The notes beneath the pieces are model-generated. The model was not told the origin of the DNA. It worked only from the letters and a program-made list of their open reading frames with translations, and did no database searches. 64,000 bases of DNA from Callorhinchus milii (lineage: Eukaryota), in contig NW_024704742.1 in the NCBI RefSeq assembly GCF_018977255.1, positions 132,186,001 through 132,250,000 on the forward strand. Reading direction: 5' to 3'. The position numbers and the translations under genes are program-made. Position 1 is the first letter of the stretch, and each line of letters opens with the position of its first letter. This document shows positions 60,618 to 64,000 of the stretch, piece by piece.

Positions 60618-61647
60618 AGTGCTAATCCCATCCTCCTGCAGCTCTGTGTGATGGTTGTGGGCAGGTTAAAGATTAAAGCTGGCACCTGATTCTCCAGTCA
60701 CTGCTCTCGCTCTGTGCACAGCTCTCACCGGCTGTGGACAGATTCTATCTCAGGATCACATTAATGAAGTTAGACAAGCCATGATAATTATTCCGACTGA
60801 TAGGAAACAGCTAAAGTTACTTATGATTACAAGCGGTGCTGATCAATAAGTAGCCTATTACAAAGCGCAATCATGCATGTGAGATGAACAAATCCAGATC
60901 TCAGGGGAGGAAAAAAAAATTGCACTTGAAATGTGCAGAGTTGTCTGTTAGCAGGAGAACCTGTAGATTTGCTGAGAATCCCAGAGAAATGTTCCTGCAA
61001 TTTATTTTTGGGTCATCAGGATTTCTGACAGCTGCAGAAACCCATCACCACACTTAAGAGTATCCTAACCCAGCTGAGAATTCCATGCATCCCACCTACA
61101 CATGGAAATTCCACAGGTGTTTGTGGGAATGGAATGCATGCTCTAATACACAACATCAACTTACACTTATATTGCACCTTTCCTGTAGGATAACACCTCA
61201 AAGTGCTTCACAATCATAGTTTGGAAACCCAAGCAGAGTGGCAACTTGGGGCTGTAGGAAAAAGGTGACTGAAGGTTTGATTCAATTCATGTAAGTTTTT
61301 AGGAGAGCACTGAAAACAGAGATGGATGGAGCAAGGCAGAGGGAATTTGTCACATAGAGGCATGTTCCAGAGGGTGGGCTCTTTGGCCACCAATCTCCCA
61401 GATAAAATAAATTTATCATGTGTTTCATGGCTGTTTGTGATAATAATAAATAATAATCCTTGCATTTGATAATAGCGCTTTTCACGTCTTCTAGACGTCT
61501 CAAAGCGCTTCACAGAATATACTGTTTGTGATAGTGTGTGGTGCAGAGCAAATTGGTACAGGGTTTGCCTACAAAATACACAGTCGCTACAATTTACAGT
61601 AAGATCCTGTGGAGCACTTTGTAACATCCTTCGGACATGCAAGGATT

Positions 61648-61760
61648 ATGTATGTATGTGTGTGTATGAATGTATGTATGTATCTCTCGCTAGCTATCTA
61701 TTCATCTCTCTCTCGCTCTGTCTGTCTGCCTGCCTGTCTATCTGTCTATCCATCCATCCG
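61648..61760. repeat. Compound tetranucleotide/dinucleotide microsatellite (TATG, TG, TCTA, TCTG, TCCA)
   Basis: Direct reading; begins at a SINE tail. Confidence 0.85.
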
Positions 61761-62345
61761 ACAGGAAGAACCCACCAGCTACCACCCACCCCCCCATCTG
61801 CACCCACCCACGTACACCACAAATTACAAGATTGACCAGACTTGGTTGTGGATGAGGTTTGAAAACCAGATCAATTCTCAGTCCGGCCTGGCTTCCTGCC
61901 ACTATTAATGTTACTCAACGATCTACGAGCAGAATAAAGCACCAGAGGAAGACATGTTGGACAGTTTCTGTTTTCCTAATCCCTGCCCCCAACAGAGACC
62001 AAACACTGCACCAATCTGCCTGAAGGTATCTCGCTGTCTTAGGCATATTCAAGTGATGGGCAGCTCTGAGGCACACACAGTAACGAACGTGCTGGATCAC
62101 AGCTAAAGTAGTAAAGAAAGCTCTAAAAACTGGGAATAACCATCTCTTTCAACAACCCACCATTTCCCCCCACCCACCACTCCACCCAAATACATCTCGA
62201 CCTTCAACTCCCCTTTGCATATGTGCATATCCAGCCATTTATTTTAGCAATGATTACAGCTTCGAAAACTCAAGTCATAATTAAATGTCTTTCTAAAAGC
62301 AGCATTTATTTTTAGTGGCATCTCTTCTGGTTGCCAGGAAGACTC

Positions 62346-62663
62346 TAATAATAATAATAATAATCCTTGCATTTGATATAGCGCTTTTCACGTCTTCTAG
62401 ACGTCCTAAAGTGCTTCACAGAATATACTGTAAAGTGAATTGACTGTATATTTGTGGGCGAAGGCGGCAGCCAATTGCACACAGCAATGTCCCACAAACA
62501 GTCATGGATTGAAAATGACCAATTTATTATTGTTTTGTTTTTTGGAGGGATTATTATTAGGCGTGTGGAGTAAGGAAACTTGCCGAAGGTTTTGCCCTGC
62601 CTGGAATTGAACTCAGGTCTCTCACTTGCAAAGCGAGTGCTCTAACCACGAGCTACAGGACTC
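62346..62663 (-). mobile_element. Full-length tRNA-Ala SINE, short subfamily
   Basis: rc matches 52188-52516; GACTCTA flanks both ends (TSD/microhomology). Confidence 0.95.
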
Positions 62664-63614
62664 TATGCCTCTGTTTAAGCATAAAAAGCAATCGCCATCT
62701 TCACTGTGACTGAAACACACAACCAGTATGAAATATAAATGCGGCCGGTTAAATTGGCTTTTTTTTAAAACTCTTTAAAAAAGGTCACAGGCATCCCTAA
62801 GGTAACTTTTACATATTTATTTGTTTCCAGTGACTCAGCTGCCGGCTTTGTTAGTTGGCCTCACAACGCAGATTCCCCCTTCGCTGAGCTTTCTCTCACC
62901 CGACATTATTTAATGGCTAGAACCCAGCAAAATGTCAACATTTGCAATTCCAAAGCTTTATTTAAGCAATAAAAAATAATTAAAAGGGTAGCCCCTTGGA
63001 GAGATTGTGTCAATTTTATCTGGTGCAAAGAAAGGCGCAGATGAGACAAATTCAAACAGAGAGTAGAAGAATTAATTTTTGATTGCTTAAGCTCAACAAA
63101 CTGTGCAAGTTAATGAAGTAGAACGAAAATGTCTCCCTGAGACCTGCAGCTATTCAGACTGTGATAAAATAGACTCTTTATTTCACTCTGCACTAAACTG
63201 TTTTAATCCCCGCTTGAAAATCGATGCTAATGACATTGATTCAGTGGGAAATGCGATAGAATAATAACATCAAAACTATTGTGTTTAATAGGTTTTAGTT
63301 AGATATTTAGTAGCCTGGCACGTCAGCTGGTTTCTTTCACATAAAGCTCACCTTTCCAGGTAACTAGAAACAAAATTCAGATTTAACAGCGATAAAACTC
63401 ATCATAAGCATGTCCAGACCTGTCATGATTAAACTTTTCTCAGTCCAGAATGTTTCAAGTATTCCAATATCGTTCCACTGTAAATCCCATGCACACTCTA
63501 GGACCTCCAACTTTTGTCTCTTTCCTTTTGGTCAGCTGGGTGTCTGAGACATGCCGATATGAATCACCAAGAGTATCCAAACCAAATTGAGATTTCCAGG
63601 CATCGCACCAATGC

Positions 63615-64000
63615 ATTGAAATTCCCGAGATGTTTAATTGTATTGAATACACACCCTGCTTACCTAATCCCAGAGAGTATTAGGCCAAGCTGGTAAAAGC
63701 CATGGCTCTGAGAACCCAGAGTGTGAGTTGGACTCCAACCACCTAAAGCTACATAGATTGCCATTGAAAGCACTGTCTAGCAACCTTTCCCATTGCTTGT
63801 CCAGCTAGCACCACCCTATCCATTAGGGCTTTGGTTTGCACAGTTAATAGGAGCTGAGTGAGAAGAAGCCCTGCCCCCAGTGACTAGTCTAGCCTTCCAA
63901 GTCCTGCTGATGAAGCAAGCTGGCTGGACTGTCATTCAGCATTGCCCTGGATTACTGTGGACCCACCTGGCTGAGGAATTGGACTACTGAGACTGCAATG
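63615..64000. repeat. Unclassified old interspersed repeat, copy 3 (may extend to about 63530 and beyond the window end)
   Basis: Shares blocks with 13555-13686 and with rc of 20178-20460. Confidence 0.75.

Noticed and set aside
2300..62700. Recurrent ORF peptides such as [16 protein letters not shown]...YQMQGLLL and [18 protein letters not shown]
   Set aside because: Chance translations of the non-coding SINE body, not a protein family.
63900..63932. Hammerhead ribozyme (CTGATGA motif; also at 13657 and 37433)
   Set aside because: No correctly placed GAAA core or three-stem junction could be found.
1..64000. CRISPR-like array suggested by the recurring gcgctatatcaaatgcaaggattatt motif
   Set aside because: Irregular spacing, both strands and variable divergence: these are SINE tails in a eukaryotic genome, and there are no cas genes.

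Overview
Repeat-dense, apparently non-coding (intergenic or deep intronic) vertebrate DNA. The repeat set points to a cartilaginous fish, probably a holocephalan such as Callorhinchus (inference). It comprises CR1 and L2 LINEs, a very abundant tRNA-Ala-headed SINE with an (ATT)n tail, and Deu-domain SINEs. I could not support any host protein-coding gene or true RNA gene. All ORFs with recognisable homology are LINE ORF2 fragments; the best is a 5'-truncated L2 at 44825-46250 (-) with an uninterrupted 426-codon RT/C-terminal frame. By eye, over half the window is retroposon-derived and often nested. Several repeat-free, homeobox-motif-rich islands lie between the repeats and look like candidate conserved non-coding elements. 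The most notable observations are: an L2/SINE pair sharing a 3' stem-loop; a SINE copy carrying the exact L2 tail; a young internal-deletion SINE subfamily; a ~180 bp fold-back palindrome inside a SINE; three-level nesting; and an unclassified old repeat present in three copies. I see no evidence for a wholly new biological system. Boundaries of old repeats are approximate (about +/-20 bp).
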